Source: an uncultured Acidobacteriota bacterium (lineage in GTDB: Bacteria; Acidobacteriota; UBA6911). Taken from it: DNA of 64,000 nucleotides. The DNA lies in the NCBI GenBank assembly GCA_963827655.1, contig CAWHCF010000038.1, positions 1 through 64,000 of the forward strand. The letters run 5' to 3'. Shown here one piece after another: positions 1 to 11,429 of this stretch. Below the pieces are notes generated by a model. It was not told the origin of the DNA and made no database searches. It saw only the letters and a list, made by a program, of their open reading frames with translations. The position numbers and the translations under genes are program-made. The stretch's first letter is position 1; the number at the start of each line of letters is the position of its first letter.

Positions 1-46
1 GTTGGCCAGCGCCGAGCGTTGCGCTTCTAATTCAACAAACATCATT

Positions 47-80
47 CGATTGACGATTGACGGTTTTCGATTGACGATTT
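47..80. repeat. Short heptamer (GATTGAC)n array
   Basis: cgattgacgattgacggttttcgattgacgattt; same unit as the arrays at about 61776 and 63508. Confidence 0.7.
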
Positions 81-439
81 CAGAGGTCGTCGGACGAACT
101 CGTCGAGGAGGCATCATCTCCAGCTGCTGCTTCCTGGGCGGCCTCTTCCGCAATTCGATCCATGTCTTCGCCCAGGTCTTCTCCCATCTCGCGTCCCATT
201 TTTTTCATCCAGCGGGCGACACTTGCGGGATCTTTCTCGTCCAGACCGGCGAGACTCGACGGATCCGCCATCGATTCGAGCCGCTTTTCCTCGGACTTCG
301 GCATGGCGAAGCGTGAGAATAGCTGTTCCAGGTCGCGGCTCTTGCAGAACTTGCAGGCCGGCTCGAACGATGACGAAGCCAGAACCAGAAAGCTCATTCT
401 GCGCTTGCAATTCGAGCAGAGATACTCGTAGATTGGCAC
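80..439 (-). CDS. FmdB-family zinc-ribbon protein
   Basis: MPIYEYLCxxC...CxxC...S N-terminus and acidic C-terminus typical of FmdB-family regulators. Confidence 0.8.
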   Translation of the reverse strand: MPIYEYLCSNCKRRMSFLVLASSSFEPACKFCKSRDLEQLFSRFAMPKSEEKRLESMADPSSLAGLDEKDPASVARWMKKMGREMGEDLGEDMDRIAEEAAQEAAAGDDASSTSSSDDL

Positions 440-453
440 GCTGATTCTTCGCG

Positions 454-683
454 CTAACCCAGCGCCTCCACTGCTTTATCGATCTCCTCGCGGTTAAAAC
501 CGATCACAAGCTTTTCGCCGATTACCAGAGCCGGAGTGCGGTAACCGCAAGCCGCCGCAGCTCGTCGATGGCGCCGGGCGTCTGGCGAATGTTGATCTCC
601 TCGAATTCCCATCCTTTGCGGATCAGATACTCTGTCGCATGATGGCAGGCTGCTCAGCCAGGCTGAGTGTAAATCTTGATCAC
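454..683 (-). CDS. NrdH-like glutaredoxin, probable selenoprotein (UxxC), one indel near 548
   Basis: Manual translation from GTG 683: MIKIYTQPG-UGA-AACHHATEYLIRKGWEFEEINIRQTPGAIDELRRL, then TPALVIGEKLVIGFNREEIDKAVEALG in another frame; in-frame TGA at 654-656 occupies the first Cys position of CxxC. Confidence 0.75.
617..639 (-). promoter_or_regulatory. Candidate bacterial SECIS hairpin
   Basis: UGCG-A-CAGA-GUA-UCUG-AUC-CGCA begins 14 nt after the in-frame UGA and has G-U in the apical loop. Confidence 0.45.
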
Positions 684-735
684 CGTTCCAGTATATCAAT
701 TGGTGACAGGCTACCCTTTACCTTTTTTCCATTCT

Positions 736-1212
736 TCATCTTCCCTGATTCCGCCGGAAGGTTCCGCTTTTGCCGCCTGTCTTCTCCAGCAATCGTATCG
801 ACTCGATGATCGCGCTCTTTTCGACGGCTTTCACCATATCGTAAAGGGTAAGAGCCGCCACCGATGCGGCAGTAAGCGCTTCCATCTCGACACCCGTCCG
901 GCCGGCGCACGATACCGTGGAAACGAATCGGATCCCTGCCGGCTGCGGCTCGGCCCGCACATCCACGTGTGTCAGTGGAATCGGGTGACAGAGGGGTATG
1001 AGTTCGGCAGTGCGCTTCGCGGCCAGGATCCCGGCCAGCCGGGATGTCTCGAGCGCATTCCCCTTCGGCAGTCCGTTCTTTGCGATCAAGCCCATAGTTG
1101 CCGGCGACAACTTGACAAAAGACTCTGCGATCGCGCGCCGGAAGGTTACCGATTTTTCACTTACATCGACCATCGCGGCGCGACCGCTCTGGTCGATATG
1201 GGATAGGTTCAT
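736..1212 (-). CDS. moaC: Cyclic pyranopterin monophosphate synthase
   Basis: [48 protein letters not shown] motifs. Confidence 0.95.
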   Translation of the reverse strand: MNLSHIDQSGRAAMVDVSEKSVTFRRAIAESFVKLSPATMGLIAKNGLPKGNALETSRLAGILAAKRTAELIPLCHPIPLTHVDVRAEPQPAGIRFVSTVSCAGRTGVEMEALTAASVAALTLYDMVKAVEKSAIIESIRLLEKTGGKSGTFRRNQGR

Positions 1213-1240
1213 TTCCCTCTTCTTGGGTTGCATGCGCGCC

Positions 1241-2470
1241 TCATGGGCCGGAACGGTTCCTCAGCGAAAAGTCTGCGAGAAGCATCGCCTCTACGGTCTC
1301 TCCGGCTCGCATGCAGTCACGATCGGCTGGGAAAATCACGGTGGCATTGCAACGCGAAAACCCGATGATGTCGGCGGACCCCTTCCAGCGCAGCGGCTCG
1401 ATGGTCCAGCCGTTTTCGCGGCCAGAGACCCAGGCGGGCAGGAATGCAGTGCGCCCTGGCTTCTGTTTCATGTCGCGCAGCAGTTCCCCTTGGATCCGAG
1501 GCAAATCCGGCTTGGCGAGGCCGCACAGGCGTCCCAGGGCAGGGCGGACGAAGTTCTCAAATGCAACGAAGGTCGAGACTGGATTACCCGGAAGCCCGAA
1601 GACGAGCTTATCGCCTTTGCGGGCAAATACGGTAGGTTTTCCAGGTTTCATTCTTACCTTGGTGAAGAAAATCTGGAGTCCGAGTTCCTCGAAGATGTCT
1701 TTGACGAAGTCGTACTCGCCCATCGAGACACCCCCGGTCAGAATCAGAACATCCCGTTCGAGGCCCATCTCCATCAGACGGCGCAGCTCTTCCTTATCGT
1801 CACGCCCGATCCCAAGGTAATCGGCCCCAAGGCCCATCTGGGCCAACTGACCGGACAGCGAATGCGCGTTGGAGTTCCGGATCTGGTCGGCTCGGGGAGC
1901 CTGGTCCGCGTCAATCAGTTCATCTCCCGTCGCTATCAAGGCTACTCGAGGCCTTGTGTAGACCTTGACTCGGGTGTATCCGAAGGTGGCGAGCACGGCG
2001 ATCTCAGCGGGTCCGAGGACGCGGCCATGCTCCAGGACGAGGTCTCCGGTCGACGCTTCGGCTCCGCGAGGGGCGATATTTTCCCCCAGCTTCACGGGCT
2101 TGAGAATCACGACCTCCCGGCCGTCCCCTGAACGCTGGCTGTGTTCCACCATCTGGACGGCGTCGGCGCCCTCGGGCACGGGCGCTCCGGTCATGATAGC
2201 CACCGTCTCCATCCGGCCCACTGGAATCGATGTTCCGCCGCCGGCCCGGATCTCCCCCACATACGCGAGCCGCGCCGGGGCAGTCCCGGCGTCTTCGAAG
2301 CGGAGAGCGTAGCCATCCACGGCCGCCCGCCGGAAAGGGGGTATATCGCTTGTGGCGACAAGGTTCTCGGCCAGAACGCGGCCCAGGGCTGACCGGAAAT
2401 CGATCGGCTCCACATGGCGTTCCGGAAGGTTCGACAAGACCAGCTTCAGCGCTTCATCGATGGTGATCAT
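1241..2470 (-). CDS. moeA: Molybdopterin molybdotransferase
   Basis: [50 protein letters not shown] motifs. Confidence 0.95.
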   Translation of the reverse strand: MITIDEALKLVLSNLPERHVEPIDFRSALGRVLAENLVATSDIPPFRRAAVDGYALRFEDAGTAPARLAYVGEIRAGGGTSIPVGRMETVAIMTGAPVPEGADAVQMVEHSQRSGDGREVVILKPVKLGENIAPRGAEASTGDLVLEHGRVLGPAEIAVLATFGYTRVKVYTRPRVALIATGDELIDADQAPRADQIRNSNAHSLSGQLAQMGLGADYLGIGRDDKEELRRLMEMGLERDVLILTGGVSMGEYDFVKDIFEELGLQIFFTKVRMKPGKPTVFARKGDKLVFGLPGNPVSTFVAFENFVRPALGRLCGLAKPDLPRIQGELLRDMKQKPGRTAFLPAWVSGRENGWTIEPLRWKGSADIIGFSRCNATVIFPADRDCMRAGETVEAMLLADFSLRNRSGP

Positions 2471-2530
2471 AGCAACAACTTAGTCGGATCTCTGGCAAAG
2501 CGTCCGCGCTGAAAGGCGGCCCGCAAGAAG

Positions 2531-2610
2531 TGTTTCTTCGTGTCTTCGTTTCTTCGCGGTTAGAGCTGCCTGACAAATACCACTGAGGCTCGAAGACACG
2601 AAGAAAGACT
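2531..2610. repeat. REP-like ACACGAAG/CTTCGTGT inverted repeat (one of about 18 copies)
   Basis: tttcttcgtgtcttcgtttcttcgcggtt...caaataccac...gaagacacgaagaaagac. Confidence 0.7.
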
Positions 2611-3803
2611 TCAATCGCTTTCATCGAGGAGCATGACAATAGCCGTCTCCGGGCCCTTAATGCCACGCCGGGCCGCCGTGCGCAACCGAAGCGTATTCCA
2701 GCCGGACTTGAGACTCCATGTCAGGGATTTCTCATCGGCCACACCGGTCCAGTTTTTTCCATCAAACGAAACCTCATAGCCCGTTCGATTCGGATCGTAA
2801 CTGTCCAGGCTCATTCGGATGACTCCTCGCGAGGCGGCGACGATCTGAGCCTCTACGACTCCCACCGTCCAATACGCGTCCTCCAGGCGCCGGGTAGGCA
2901 TGAAAGGTTCTTCGTATAGCCGATGTGCAGCCGGCTGCCGCCGGAGTCGTTCTGATACCATACCGCGCGGGCATGCGCATCATCGAGCGGCAGGATATGG
3001 CGGACACCCGTGCCCGGGGCGGTGTGGTCCGTGATGTAGATCCAGAAGTAGGTCGCCGTCTCGTCCTCGTCGGGACGGTTCCACCACACGATGGCCGGAT
3101 TCTTGGTCACGGACCTGGGTGGAACGCCCACGACGTGGTTCACGTCGGCTCCCCCGTTTTTGAGCCACTCGGCTCGAATCTCCCACGCCGAAAGGGGAAC
3201 TCCCTTTTTCTCGAAGTGCAGGTTGCTCTGCGAGTCCATCACCACCCATTTGTGGAACTGGTTGGACCAGACTTCAGCCGCTCCATGGTGGGTGCTCTGC
3301 ATCCCCTCGGGACCGTGCTTGCGGTCGACGCCGATTTTGCGCGCTTGCCACCCCAGGGCTTGAGCGCATTCGGCGTAGGTGATGGCGTACTGCGTGCAAT
3401 AAAACCGCTCTCCTTTCGCCGCAAGCTCCAGAATCTCTTGCGCGGTCGCAGGGCTGGACCGTGGATTCCCGCCGGGGATCCGCTGGTAGATCCATTCCTT
3501 GAGCAGAAGCTGGGCGCTCCATTCGTCCGGCGCCTCAGCGACGAGTTTCTCCAGTGAATACTTCTCGCGCAGCGCGACTAGCCGGGGGTCGTCATAGTCA
3601 AAAGCGACAAATCGAAACCCCGAACGCGCTGCGGCGGGAATGTCCGCCGTCACTTCCAGAAGCTTGAAGCCGGCGGCGGCCGCAGCGGCGCTGACGCGCT
3701 CGACCGTGAGCGGCCCAGGCTGGAATGGCAAGGTTTCCGCCGAGAGGCCGCCGCCGGCTATTGCCAGAGCGATGCCCGTCAGCCATACGATCTTTCGAAA
3801 CAT
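2611..3803 (-). CDS. Secreted transglutaminase-like domain protein (frameshift near 2905)
   Basis: Signal peptide MFRKIVWLTGIALAIAGGG; FYCTQYA...HHGAAEVWS....KWVVMDS Cys-His-Asp pattern; two overlapping ORFs join. Confidence 0.65.
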
Positions 3804-3839
3804 AGGTTCCCCTGTTATGCGTCCAATCCACAATCCACA

Positions 3840-4322
3840 CTACCGCTTGTAGCCGATTTTTCGCAGGAATTCGCGCCGCGCTTTCGCCTCGGCTTCGCCT
3901 TCAACCCCTTTGGGTGAAAACCCATCGACGACTCCAAGGACGCCGCGCCCTTGATCGGTCTCTACCGCTATGACTTGTACCGGATTAGCGGTGGCGCAGT
4001 AAATCTGGCAGACCTCAGGGCAGGCTTTCACCGCATTGAGAACATTGATCGGATAAGCATCCCTCATCAGGATTACGAAAGTGTGCCCGGCCCCCAGGCT
4101 CCGGGCGTTTTCAGCCGCGGTCTTCTTCAGAGAATCATCGTTCCCATCGACCCGTATCAGGCGTGGCCCCGACGCCTCGCAAAATGCGATGCCGAATTTC
4201 GCGTGGGGACAGGAGGTGACCATGATTTCGTAGAGATCTTCCACCGTCTTCATGAAGTGGCTCTGTCCAAGAATGATGTTGCACTCCTCGGGAATCGCGA
4301 GCGGCACCTGTTTAAGTTCCAT
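3840..4322 (-). CDS. Adenosine-specific kinase family protein (DUF355)
   Basis: NIILGQSHFMKTVEDL, FGIAFCEASG, YPINVLNAVK, CATANP, GRGVLGVVDG, LRKIGYK. Confidence 0.85.
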   Translation of the reverse strand: MELKQVPLAIPEECNIILGQSHFMKTVEDLYEIMVTSCPHAKFGIAFCEASGPRLIRVDGNDDSLKKTAAENARSLGAGHTFVILMRDAYPINVLNAVKACPEVCQIYCATANPVQVIAVETDQGRGVLGVVDGFSPKGVEGEAEAKARREFLRKIGYKR

Positions 4323-4428
4323 CCCTGCACCTATAAGTTACGCTATACTTGATGGCTCCCCCGGGTCAGGTCTGGATTGTACCAGGCTTGGTTGACGCGC
4401 GAAACCTCTTGGACAAACAGGGTTCTTT

Positions 4429-6282
4429 ATGTGCGGTATAGTAGGCTACATTGGTCCCAAACCTCTGGTTCCGATTCTTCTGGAAGGGCTGCGCAAGCTG
4501 GAATACCGCGGCTACGACTCTGCCGGGATCGCAGTGGTATCCAATGGAGAGGTCGCTCTCCGCCGGTCGTCGGGAAAACTGATCAACCTGATAAAATTGC
4601 TGGAAAACAACCCGCTCAAAGGGGACTACGGCATCGGGCACACCCGCTGGGCGACCCACGGCCGGCCTACGGAGGAGAATGCCCATCCTCATCGTGACTG
4701 CAGCGGAAAAATCGTGGTGGTGCACAACGGGATCATCGAAAACTACCTGGATTTGAAACATGAGCTGCAGGAACAAGGGCACCGCTTTGTAACCGAGACC
4801 GACACCGAGATCATCGCTCATCTGGTGGAGTCGCTTATGGCGGGCCGCACCTTCCCAGAAGCCGTGGGCGCGGCCCTATCCCGACTGCGCGGAAGCTTTG
4901 CCGTCTGCATCATCTCCGCCGACACTCCGAACACGATTCTCGCGGCGCGCAGTGGGCCACCGCTCATTATCGGCCAGGGAAAGGGCGAGCTGCTGGTTGC
5001 CTCGGATGTTCCGGCCTTGCTGCAGCACACGCGCAAAATCTACTTCATGCAAGACGGAGAGATGGCCATACTCGCTCCTGACGGGGTGCAGATTCAGGAT
5101 TTCCAGGGCGCCCCGCGGACCTTCTCTCCCCAGGAAATCAGCTGGAGCCCCGAAATGGCCGAGCGGGGCGGGTATCCCCACTTCATGCTGAAAGAGATCC
5201 ACGAGCAGCCTCGTGCCATTCAGGACACGATTGTAGGCCGTATTTCGCTGGACTCGGGACACGTTTTTCTGAACGAAGCGAATCTTCCCGAAGAGGTTCT
5301 GACGGCGATCGATCGCGTCCACATCGTGGCATGCGGCACATCCTGGCACTCGGCGCTGGTCGGGAAATTCCTGCTCGAGGAACTTGCGCGCATCCCTGTG
5401 GAGGTCGACTACGGGTCCGAGTTTCGTTACCGGGATCCGCTGCTTGACCAGCGTTCGCTCGTGATCGCCATAAGTCAATCCGGAGAAACCGCCGACACTC
5501 TCGCGGCGGTTCGCGAGGCGAAGGCCAAGAACGCCCGCATACTGGCCATTTGCAATGTAGTCGGGAGCATGCTGACCCGCGAGAGCCACGGAACCCTTTA
5601 TACGCGAACCGGTCCGGAGATCGGCGTGGCATCGACGAAAGCCTTTACCTCTCAGCTGGTAGTTCTATTTCTCCTTGCGCTTCATCTGGCCCAGATCCGC
5701 GGGAAAATAGCGCCGGAGCAAACCGCCGAGCTCCTGGCCGAGCTCACCAAAGTTCCGCATCAAGTGCAGGAACTGCTCTCCTGTGATGAGCTTTATAATC
5801 GGATCGCGCAAACCCTCTACCAACGCTACAACTTTCTCTATCTGGGACGTGGGATCCACTATCCCATCGCGCTGGAAGGGGCCTTGAAGCTGAAGGAGAT
5901 TTCGTACATTCATGCGGAAGGGTATCCTGCCGGCGAAATGAAGCATGGTCCCAACGCGCTCATCGATGAAAACCTTCCAGTCGTCGCTCTTGCGGCCCGG
6001 GATCGGCGCAACCCGAAATCGGTGTTACGGTATGAAAAAATGTTGAGCAACATCGAAGAAGTCCGCGCGCGTGAAGGCATCGTGGTTGCTGTTGCAACCG
6101 AAGGCGACACCCATGTCCCGCAACGGTCAAACCATTGTGTCTCGATTCCCGAACTTTCGGATTACCTTGTCCCGATTCTCCTGGCGGTTCCGCTCCAGTT
6201 GCTGGCCTATCACATCGCCGTGCTTCGAGGATGCGACGTAGATCAGCCGCGGAATCTGGCGAAGAGTGTCACGGTCGAATGA
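4429..6282 (+). CDS. glmS: Glutamine-fructose-6-phosphate aminotransferase
   Basis: MCGIVG start, LEYRGYDSAG, GHTRWATHG, SQSGETADT, EGALKLKE, PRNLAKSVTVE end. Confidence 0.98.
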   Translation: MCGIVGYIGPKPLVPILLEGLRKLEYRGYDSAGIAVVSNGEVALRRSSGKLINLIKLLENNPLKGDYGIGHTRWATHGRPTEENAHPHRDCSGKIVVVHNGIIENYLDLKHELQEQGHRFVTETDTEIIAHLVESLMAGRTFPEAVGAALSRLRGSFAVCIISADTPNTILAARSGPPLIIGQGKGELLVASDVPALLQHTRKIYFMQDGEMAILAPDGVQIQDFQGAPRTFSPQEISWSPEMAERGGYPHFMLKEIHEQPRAIQDTIVGRISLDSGHVFLNEANLPEEVLTAIDRVHIVACGTSWHSALVGKFLLEELARIPVEVDYGSEFRYRDPLLDQRSLVIAISQSGETADTLAAVREAKAKNARILAICNVVGSMLTRESHGTLYTRTGPEIGVASTKAFTSQLVVLFLLALHLAQIRGKIAPEQTAELLAELTKVPHQVQELLSCDELYNRIAQTLYQRYNFLYLGRGIHYPIALEGALKLKEISYIHAEGYPAGEMKHGPNALIDENLPVVALAARDRRNPKSVLRYEKMLSNIEEVRAREGIVVAVATEGDTHVPQRSNHCVSIPELSDYLVPILLAVPLQLLAYHIAVLRGCDVDQPRNLAKSVTVE

Positions 6283-6299
6283 CGAAGCTAACGTCTCTA

Positions 6300-6365
6300 C
6301 CTTCGTGGTTGGAGCTTGGCATAACAAATACCACCAAGACTCAAAGACACGAAGGAACACAAAGT
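6300..6365. repeat. REP-like ACACGAAG family copy between convergent genes
   Basis: cttcgtggtt...acaaataccaccaagactcaaagacacgaaggaacacaaag. Confidence 0.65.
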
Positions 6366-6377
6366 AATCTTGCCTGT

Positions 6378-8459
6378 TCACTGCCGTAGCACCCGTTGCA
6401 AGAACTCGCTCAGCGCCGAATCCGCCGGGGCGCCTGACACCACACGGGTCCGCGGCGGTGCGAGACGCGCTGCCTCATCAGCGCCGATCGGCTGCCAGTC
6501 GCCGTCGATGGGGTTGATTAGAAGCCCGTCGGTTTTTGCCGCGCTCCACAAGTCGGGAATGTCCGGCCCCTCGAGGCCTCGGAACGGCACGTAGCCGAAC
6601 GGGATCTCGCGATCGAAGGCGGTTATTCGGTCCCGGTCTTCGTTCTGAAGACGGAACGAGAGCGCGAGCGAGGCCGGCCGCTCCAGGAAGTGGCGCAGCG
6701 TGACGAAACTATCCCGCACGATAAAGAAGCGGACCTTCGGGTCGGAAGCGAGGAAGTAGGTTGCCGCAAGCGCTGCGTTCTCGCCGCGCGCATAGATCCC
6801 GAGGGATTTTGGCGCGAGCGCCGCCGCCGCGTACGCAAGGTCGAGCGCCTGCCGGCCGACGAAATTCTCGCCGATGAGTAGACTGACGGCCGCGACCCAG
6901 CCACGCTGAACCGTCTGCAGTTCGCCGAGGCCGCGCGGATCGACTCCGGCCAGCGCCCAGCCGCGGGCGAGAAGCATGTCCACCGGGAGGTCCGCTACCG
7001 CCGCTTCCTTCCCCCGGTCGTCGAGCGCCAGAAGCAAACCGCGTTCGATCCCGGCGGGTCGTATCACGAAACCCGGCACATCGAGCTTCTCATCGACAGG
7101 GATAAGAACGCGGGTTGCCGCGCCCGCCGGGAGCTCGACGCGCCGGGCGCGGACGGGACCCGAAATGCCCAGCACTTCGCCAAGCCGGAGCTTCTCACGA
7201 GGCGGCGTCAGGGAGAGGCGGCGCGCGGCCTCAACCAGAGGCGGACCCGCTGGCTGGTTGCTGCCGATCGGAAACACGCGGAGGTCTGCAGCATCGAACG
7301 GCGTGATCGCCGTTTCGGGCTCCGGGTAGGGTCGTCCGTCACCGACTCCTTTGAGCCAGTGCAGGAACCAGCCGTAAGCTGCCTCGCGTTTTGCCTTCTG
7401 GTAGCCGTGTCCTTCGGTGCTGTCCTCGAAGAAGCCGAACTTCTGAGTTGCGCCGTACGCTGAATAGAGCTTCCGGCCGTAGTCGGCGATCTCCCGCACA
7501 CCCTCGATCGGAAAGCTCTGGTCGCGCGAGGCGGCAATGACGAGCAGAGGGCGAGGCGCCACCATTGCAAGCAGCTCGTGGTTGTTCGCATAGCGGATGA
7601 GCCCGGGGACGAAGTGGCAGTGCTCGCTCGCGTGGTACCAGTCGAGCGGCCGGGTCACGCGGATCTGCTCGAGGAACTCGCTCGTGCCGACGACCGGCAC
7701 CGCCACCGCGATCCGGTCGTCCAGGGCCGAGGTAATCCAGGTGTTATAGCCGCCGCCCGAGGCGCCGGTCATCCCGATGCTCTTCGGATCGACCTCGGGC
7801 CGCCCGAGCAGATAATCGAGCGCGGCACGCGTCTCGTGCTCGGCAAAGCCCTGTTGCGCCACACCGACCAGGAGCCCCTCGACCCTCCGATGATCGCGCG
7901 ACGAGATCCCGCGCTCGCCCTGTCCGAACGGATCCCAGGCAAGAACGACGAATCCCAGCCGCGCCATGTTGATGCAGAAGGCCTGGAAATCCGGGCGAGT
8001 CTTGGAATCCGGCCACCAGTGGCCGATGTAGAAAAGGATCGCCGGAACGCGCTCTCGTAGATTGTCCGGAATGTACAGATGCGCCGGCACTTCCATTCCG
8101 GGGAGCGCCTGGAAGACGATCTTTTCGATCCGGTAGCCCGAACGGGAGACGGTTCCGATGGTCCGAGCAGCAAGGTCCGGCCGCAGGAGCCGCTCGAACC
8201 CTAGCGAGGCGCGGATCTTCGCGCGCAACGCCGGGCGCGCGCGGTCGGCCTCGCCTGCAGTGGCAGCGTGCCGGATGGCGCCAAGCGCCGCCGCCGCCCG
8301 AGCCTCGATCAGATCCAGGACGGCAGCCTCGCCCGCGCGGGTGTCCACCGGCCGAAGCGCGGCGATCTTCGCCTTCCAGTCTTCGCCGTAGCAGACTCCG
8401 GAGGACAAGAGCCAGAACCAGAGCAGGAGCGCGCGATGGACCATCCGGCCCCGGATCAT
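6378..8459 (-). CDS. Secreted acetyl-xylan-esterase-like alpha/beta hydrolase (two-domain)
   Basis: Signal peptide; YRIEKIVF, DPFGQGER, IGMTGASGGG nucleophile elbow. Confidence 0.8.
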   Translation of the reverse strand: MIRGRMVHRALLLWFWLLSSGVCYGEDWKAKIAALRPVDTRAGEAAVLDLIEARAAAALGAIRHAATAGEADRARPALRAKIRASLGFERLLRPDLAARTIGTVSRSGYRIEKIVFQALPGMEVPAHLYIPDNLRERVPAILFYIGHWWPDSKTRPDFQAFCINMARLGFVVLAWDPFGQGERGISSRDHRRVEGLLVGVAQQGFAEHETRAALDYLLGRPEVDPKSIGMTGASGGGYNTWITSALDDRIAVAVPVVGTSEFLEQIRVTRPLDWYHASEHCHFVPGLIRYANNHELLAMVAPRPLLVIAASRDQSFPIEGVREIADYGRKLYSAYGATQKFGFFEDSTEGHGYQKAKREAAYGWFLHWLKGVGDGRPYPEPETAITPFDAADLRVFPIGSNQPAGPPLVEAARRLSLTPPREKLRLGEVLGISGPVRARRVELPAGAATRVLIPVDEKLDVPGFVIRPAGIERGLLLALDDRGKEAAVADLPVDMLLARGWALAGVDPRGLGELQTVQRGWVAAVSLLIGENFVGRQALDLAYAAAALAPKSLGIYARGENAALAATYFLASDPKVRFFIVRDSFVTLRHFLERPASLALSFRLQNEDRDRITAFDREIPFGYVPFRGLEGPDIPDLWSAAKTDGLLINPIDGDWQPIGADEAARLAPPRTRVVSGAPADSALSEFLQRVLRQ

Positions 8460-8620
8460 AGCACATAGCGCTCAAAGAGGCGGCGGAGCTTGGGTGTATG
8501 GTCGTCGCGCCGGCAAAGATTCCTGGCTTTCTTCGCGTCTTTGCGCCTTAGCGGTGGCTTTTTTCTTGCGAGTAAAAAAGTGAACTAAATGACAAGAGAC
8601 TTCAATGCTAAGATGAAAAC

Positions 8621-10871
8621 ATGGTTGACCTCTTGACCAGATTGAATCCCGAACAGCGCCGGGCCGTGGAACACGGTCAGGGGCCGGCTCTGGTCCTGGC
8701 CGGTGCGGGAAGTGGTAAAACCCGCGTCATCGCGTTTCGAATCGCTTATTTAATGCAGAACAGCGCGTCGCGTCCGGAAAATATCCTGGCGGTCACTTTT
8801 ACCAACAAAGCCTCTCAGGAAATGCGCGAACGGATTCATTTGCTGATGGGCCCACACCGGCCCTCGGAACCCCTCATTTCCACGTTCCATTCACTCTGCG
8901 TTCGGATTCTACGACGGGAAATCCACCTGCTGGGCTATCGCAAGGATTTTTCGATTTACGACACGGACGATCAGAAGCAACTGATAAAGCAGATCATGGA
9001 AGATTCCGAACTGCGGGAGATCGACTTGTCTCAACGGGAGATACTGAGCCGGATCAGCTATGCCAAGAACCACAATATTCTCCCCGAGCGCTATGCCGAA
9101 TATTTTCCGTCCGATAACTCTTCCGACATCGAGCGGCTGTACATCGCATACAACCGGCGGCTCCGCATGGCCAATGCGCTGGATTTTGACGATCTCCTCC
9201 TGAAGACGGTCGAGGTCATGGAGAAATATCCGGCCCGTGCGGGATCACTACAGCAACTGGTACCGCTACATTCTCGTCGACGAGTATCAGGACACGAATC
9301 GGCCGCAGTACGAACTGCTCCGCCTGCTTACCTCGCGCCACCCCAACCTTTTCGTGGTAGGAGACGAAGATCAGTCTATTTACAAGTTCCGGGGAGCGGA
9401 CATCAAAAACATCTTGAACTTCGAGCGCGACTTCCCCGGTACGCGAATCTTCAAATTGGAGCAGAATTATCGCTCGACGCAGAACATCCTGCGGGTTGCG
9501 GGCGCCGTTGTTGAAAACAACACCGAGCGAAAAGGGAAAACGTTGTGGACCGAAAACCACGCCGGAGACGTTATAACGTGCCGGCGATTCCGCTCCGGGC
9601 GCTCGGAGGCAGAGTGGGTGGCGTCCAGGATCCAGGAACTGCTGGACGAAAACGCCGACTACCATGTCGCCGTCTTGTATCGAGCCAATTTTCTATCACG
9701 CAATTTTGAAGAGGTGTTGATGGCGCGCGGGTTACCTTTTACGGTGCTGGGCGGCGTGGCCTTCTTCCAGCGCATGGAGGTCAAGGACATGCTGGCTTAC
9801 CTCCGGGTTATATTCAATCCCGAGGACGATGTCGCCCTGCTGCGGATCATCAATACTCCTCCGCGTGGAATTGGAACCACCACCGTCGATGCGCTGACCC
9901 AGGCGGCGATCCAGAGACAGGTGCCCGTTCTTCATGTGCTGCAGGAGTTCGCTCGGAACCAGACAATACCGGGCCGTGCGGCGCGCCCGCTCAACCGTTT
10001 CATCGAGATGCTCGAGCGCTGGATGTCCAGGCGGGATAGCGCGAGTCTGGCCGAACTGCTCGACGAGATCGTGAAGGACATCGACTACCGAGCGATGCTG
10101 GAAAAGCACGAGTCTCCCGCAGAAGCCGAAAGTCGCATGTCCAATATCGCGGAGCTGGCGGGCGCGGCCGCCGAGTCGGAGCAGAGAGGGGAAACGGTAT
10201 TCGAGTTTCTGGATCGCGCGTCCCTTTCGTCGGAGTTGGACCGTTACGACCCGAACGCCAGAACCGTGCTGATGACTCTTCACAGCGCAAAAGGACTGGA
10301 GTTCGACGCCGTCTTTCTGGCTGGTCTGGAAGAGGGGCTGTTCCCTCACGCGCAGTCGATGGCTCCGCAGGATCTGGAGGAAGAGCGACGGCTCTGCTAC
10401 GTTGGAATCACCCGAGCCCGCCACAAATTATTTCTGACCTGGACTCCTTTCCGTCGTAACTTCGGCCCCGACGCTGCCTTGCCCTCGCCTCCCTCTCGCT
10501 TCTTCAGCGAGATGCCCCCGGAGCTGGTGGAAGGCATAGGTGAATCCTATGTGTACGACCAGCGGGAACAATACCTGTCGGAGGAAGAAACGCCCGGTGA
10601 CGGACGATCCTGGATCGAGCTGCTGAACGAGCAAATCGCGCGCACAGCACCATCCGGACGGGGAGGGCAGGCCCGTCACACAAGCGTCGAGTCAAGGCCC
10701 GCCTTCCCACCCTTGAAATCGGGTATGCGTGTCCGTCACGCTCAGTTCGGTGATGGGATCATACTGAATCGCGAACGTGTGGGAGACGACGTAAAGCTGA
10801 CCGTAACCTTCAGCAGGGTGGGAAAGAAGACCCTTCTCGAAAGATACGCAAAACTCCAGCCTCTTCGGTGA
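8621..10871 (+). CDS. pcrA: ATP-dependent DNA helicase PcrA/UvrD (one indel near 9237)
   Basis: LAGAGSGKT, TFTNKA, VDEYQDTN, VGDEDQSIY, LEQNYRST, HSAKGLEF, EERRLCYVGITRA and a C-terminal Tudor-like tail, split over two ORFs. Confidence 0.92.
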
Positions 10872-10967
10872 CAGACTAGCCCGTTCCTTATCTTCGCGTT
10901 TTGGCAGTGGCTTTTGTTTTTTCGTTCCAACCGCTAAGACGCGAAGAAAGTCGTAGACAATCTACAC

Positions 10968-11151
10968 GGCTTGCCGCCGCCTTGCCCTGACCCGGCATAT
11001 GAAGATCCTGCTCTACGAGGTTGAACCCACGGATCCGGCGACCTTCGTGGGCGTAAGCGCTCTCCTGCTGTTGGTGGCTGCGGCCGCCTGTTACTTTCCT
11101 GCCTCGCGCGCCATGAGAGTCGACCCGGCGGTGGTGCTGCGCGACGAATAG
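10968..11151 (+). pseudogene. C-terminal remnant of an ADOP/MacB-FtsX-type ABC permease
   Basis: LALTRHMKILLYEVEPTDPATFVGVSALLLLVAAAACYFPASRAMRVDPAVVLRDE*; no upstream body, begins right after a REP-like repeat. Confidence 0.8.
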
Positions 11152-11429
11152 TGACCTCATCAATGTTCGTTTCTGAACAGCGTAAGTTCGGAAGCGGACA
11201 TTCTAAAACGCCCGCTCTTTGCCATTCCTCAAACAAAGTCCTGGTTTCTGAGTGCTTAAGCGTTGGTAAGGCTCGTGGCCCGCTATTTGCGTTTCGCCCT
11301 TGGAGAATGGAGATTGGGACGAACCGTGGACGCTCACGGTGCGTCTAAATCTCACGAAACCGCTGCGCCTTCCGGAGGTTGAATGGGTTCAACTATCCCG
11401 CAAACATCGGGGAAGAAGGAAGGGCTGGC

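Noticed and set aside
998-2131. Long antisense ORFs (also 15411-16376, 37393-38478, 50210-51238, 58612-59547)
   Set aside because: Shadow frames of well-supported genes in GC-rich DNA; no motifs.
4323-4428. glmS ribozyme upstream of glmS
   Set aside because: The intergenic region is only about 105 nt, is shared with a divergent gene, and lacks the AGCGCC...GACGAGG core.
9225-9245. Programmed frameshift in pcrA
   Set aside because: No slippery heptamer; similar indels occur throughout the window, so sequencing error is more likely.
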